A stretch of 64,000 nucleotides of DNA from Alphaproteobacteria bacterium. Lineage in GTDB: Bacteria; Pseudomonadota; Alphaproteobacteria; SHVV01. The notes under the pieces are model-generated. The model was not told where the DNA came from, did no database searches, and saw nothing but the letters and a program-made list of their open reading frames with translations. Of the stretch, positions 61,744-64,000 are shown in pieces (position 1 is the first letter of the stretch; each line of letters begins with the position of its first letter). The position numbers and the translations under genes are program-made. The stretch lies in assembly GCA_965261735.1 (NCBI GenBank), contig OZ253470.1:1056001-1120000 (forward strand), in the 5' to 3' direction.

Positions 61744-62848
61744 CTTGCCTATCCGGTTAACGCCCATGACCGCTACATGTAGGGTGCCGCCACTCTCCCG
61801 AGTAAAGCTCGGCATAGGTTGGAGCAGAGGTGTCGCCCGCGATGCCGAGCAATGAGCGGAAGGCGTTGAACGGGTAGAACCGCCTGTTGAAGCGGAAGGT
61901 GAACTCGTTGAGGTAGGCTTGTAGGTGCTGGTGGCTAACGCCGTGGTGGATACCGATCAGCCACGTCTTCAGGTTGGCGAAAACCAGATGGATGATCGGC
62001 AGGTATTGCTCGGCAACCTCTGGATCACCACACTCGGCAACAGCGAAGTGCTCATAGCCGCGCTTACCGAGGCCAGCATAGCCGCTCCAATCGTCAGTAA
62101 CGATCAGCGATCGCGGCGCGACGGTGCTCTCGACGAACCCACAGAGCGACTCGGCGCTACGGTCGAGCACGACGGCGAGCCGAACGCGTCCGGCATAGCG
62201 TCCGTCTTTCCGGTTGTCGAGCTTGGTGCCCGGCTTTCGATGACGCACCTCGATGGCACAGGAGACGGGAACCTTGTGGTGAACACCACGGCCTTCCCCA
62301 CGCGTTCGCCCGCCAACCCAGGTTTCGTCCATCTCAACATGGTTCTTGGGCTGTCCACCGATCCTGTCTTGGTTGGGCCGCACCATGCCCGAGCGGAGCT
62401 TGTGGAGAATTTGAAAGGCCGTCTCGTAGCGCGAAAGACCAAGTTGCCGCTGAAACTGCACGGCGGACATGCCGGGCGTCTGACTGGCGACCAGATAAGC
62501 GGCCCAGAACCAGACGTTCAGCGGAGTGTGGCTACGCTCCATCACTGTTCCCACCGTCAGCCCGGTGTTCTGGCGGCACTTGCGGCAGCGCAGGACGCCA
62601 GGGCGGTTTTCAAAGTGGAACGGCTCTCCCGCCGTGCCGCAGTGCGGGCAGGCAAAGCCGTCTCCCCAGCGGGCTTTCTCCAGGTAGGCGGCGCAGGCCG
62701 CATCATCGGGGAAAAGTCGCTGGAACTCGGGTAGCGAATGCGGGAATGGGAGATCGGCGCGGTCGAGAACATCCATGGCGCGCTCCCCTATATCCGGGTT
62801 GCGCCCATTCTAGCCCTAGTGGGTGTGGGTGTAAACCGGATAGGCAAG
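61744..62848 (-). mobile_element. IS1595 copy 7, complete (transposase 61757-62776)
   Basis: Intact terminal repeats; flanks gggggagg / ggggggagg (duplication with one extra G in a homopolymer). Confidence 0.95.
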
Positions 62849-62895
62849 GGGGGGAGGGGGACGAATAGTGAGTCACCTTCTCTTGCATCCAAGTA

Positions 62896-63564
62896 CTAGG
62901 TCACGGCACCGGCAGGGCGAGGCGCGGGTTGGGCCGCGGCGCCGGCGGCCGGCAGCGCCGCCAGGAGCTCGTCGCGATCGAGAACATCGGCGTACTTCTG
63001 CTCGATATCGAACAGGTTGGCCTCGTGCGGTGCGAGCGCCCGGTCGCCGACGCAGTCGCGCACGACGATGGGCCGGAAGCCGAACGACATGGCATCGACC
63101 ACGCTCGAGCGGATGCAGCCGCTGGTCGTGCAGCCGGCCATCACGACCGTATCGACGCGGCGCTCCACCAGCCACGCCGTGAGGTCGGTGCCGAAGAACG
63201 CCGAGGGCAGTCGCTTGCGCACGATCAGCTCGCCCGGCCGCCGCGCCAGTTCGGGGACGACCTGGCTGTAGGGGTGGTCCTCGGTGAGCGCGAGCAGACC
63301 GGGGACCTTGGCGCAAAAGACGTTGCGGTCGCTGCCGTCCTGGGCGAACACGTAGCGCGAGAAGGCGACCGGCCAGCTCGCGTCGCGCGCGGCCGCGAGG
63401 AGTGCCACCGTGCGCTCGACGGCGGGCCCGATGTTGCCGCCGCCGAAGACGTCCGGGTCATTGAAGCTGTTGAGAAAATCGACGATAAGCAGGGCCGGGC
63501 GCTGCCCCATGCCGATAGTGTTGCCGAAATTCTGCCGGCGATAGATCGAGGCGTCGTCGTTCAT
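62896..63564 (-). CDS. Isochorismatase-family cysteine hydrolase (maleamate/N-carbamoylsarcosine amidase-like)
   Basis: LLIVDF, K..PSAFFGT, GCTTSGCIR. Confidence 0.9.
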   Translation of the reverse strand: MNDDASIYRRQNFGNTIGMGQRPALLIVDFLNSFNDPDVFGGGNIGPAVERTVALLAAARDASWPVAFSRYVFAQDGSDRNVFCAKVPGLLALTEDHPYSQVVPELARRPGELIVRKRLPSAFFGTDLTAWLVERRVDTVVMAGCTTSGCIRSSVVDAMSFGFRPIVVRDCVGDRALAPHEANLFDIEQKYADVLDRDELLAALPAAGAAAQPAPRPAGAVT

Positions 63565-63704
63565 GGCTCGCTCCCTCCGGCGGCTAACCTATGCGCAAGG
63601 TCCGGTGCCGACAAGGCCGCCGGCGGTGGTCGTGGCCACTGCGCCTATGGTATCTTCGCGCACCTCGAACGGCACTCGACAAAAGAACGTACAAGGAGGA
63701 TCGC

Positions 63705-64000
63705 ATGACCCTCGCGCGCACGACCCGGGACGATGCGACCGGTCTCGGCTTTGACACCACCCGCGCCCCTCTACGGCGCGCCCGCCACGTGCCGGGCTAC
63801 ATCTACGACTCGCCCGAGGTCTACGCGCTCGAAAAAGAGCACATGTTCATGAAAGACTGGCTGTGCGTTGCCCGCGCCGAGGAAATCCGGAACCCGGGCG
63901 ACTACATGACCTTACGGATCATGGACGAGCCCGTGATCGTCGCCCGCGATCAGGCCGGCACGCTCAACGCGTTTTCCAACGTCTGCGCCCACCGCGGCGT
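63705..64000 (+). CDS. Rieske aromatic-ring-hydroxylating oxygenase alpha subunit; 3' end runs off the window
   Basis: AGGAGG RBS; MTLARTT...HVPGYIY...DWLCVAR...NPGDY...NVCAHRG. Confidence 0.88.
   Translation, partial: MTLARTTRDDATGLGFDTTRAPLRRARHVPGYIYDSPEVYALEKEHMFMKDWLCVARAEEIRNPGDYMTLRIMDEPVIVARDQAGTLNAFSNVCAHRG

Noticed and set aside
1-64000. tRNA, rRNA, anti-phage defence or RNA-guided (TnpB/IscB) systems
   Set aside because: No supporting sequence or protein motifs were seen; the IS elements here encode only DDE-type transposases.

Overview
GC-rich bacterial DNA, most consistent with an alphaproteobacterium in an early, IS-driven stage of genome decay (symbiont-like; this lifestyle is inferred, not shown). 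The window has seven copies or remnants of one ~1105-bp IS1595-family element, plus IS630, IS3, two IS256 and an ISKra4-like element, and about a dozen broken genes. It holds (i) a PEP-CTERM-sorted metalloprotease whose sigma-54 promoter has been separated from its TGT-N11-ACA boxes by IS1595; (ii) a partly decayed exosortase A (XrtA)-associated EPS-tailoring cassette (FemAB, deacetylases, Asn-synthase-like ligase, hydrolases 1 and 2, ACP, PLP decarboxylase, acyl-CoA ligase); (iii) a secreted C-type-lectin-like gene split into three pieces by two different ISs; (iv) remnants of a conjugative element and orphan solute-binding proteins; (v) largely intact metabolic genes (ald, omega-aminotransferase, a 2-hydroxyacid dehydrogenase/APH-like kinase/divergent enolase trio, IorAB, fhs, CoA transferase, TauD, GST, PIMT plus a membrane SAM-fold protein, amidase, isochorismatase, two Rieske oxygenases). 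No rRNA, tRNA or CRISPR array was seen. The best candidates for undescribed biology are the kinase/variant-enolase/dehydrogenase module, the signal-peptide PIMT plus membrane SAM protein pair, the XrtA amide-tailoring chemistry, and an orientation-specific target rule for the IS1595 element. All functional calls come from motif reading, not database searches. Some single-base frameshifts could be sequencing errors.
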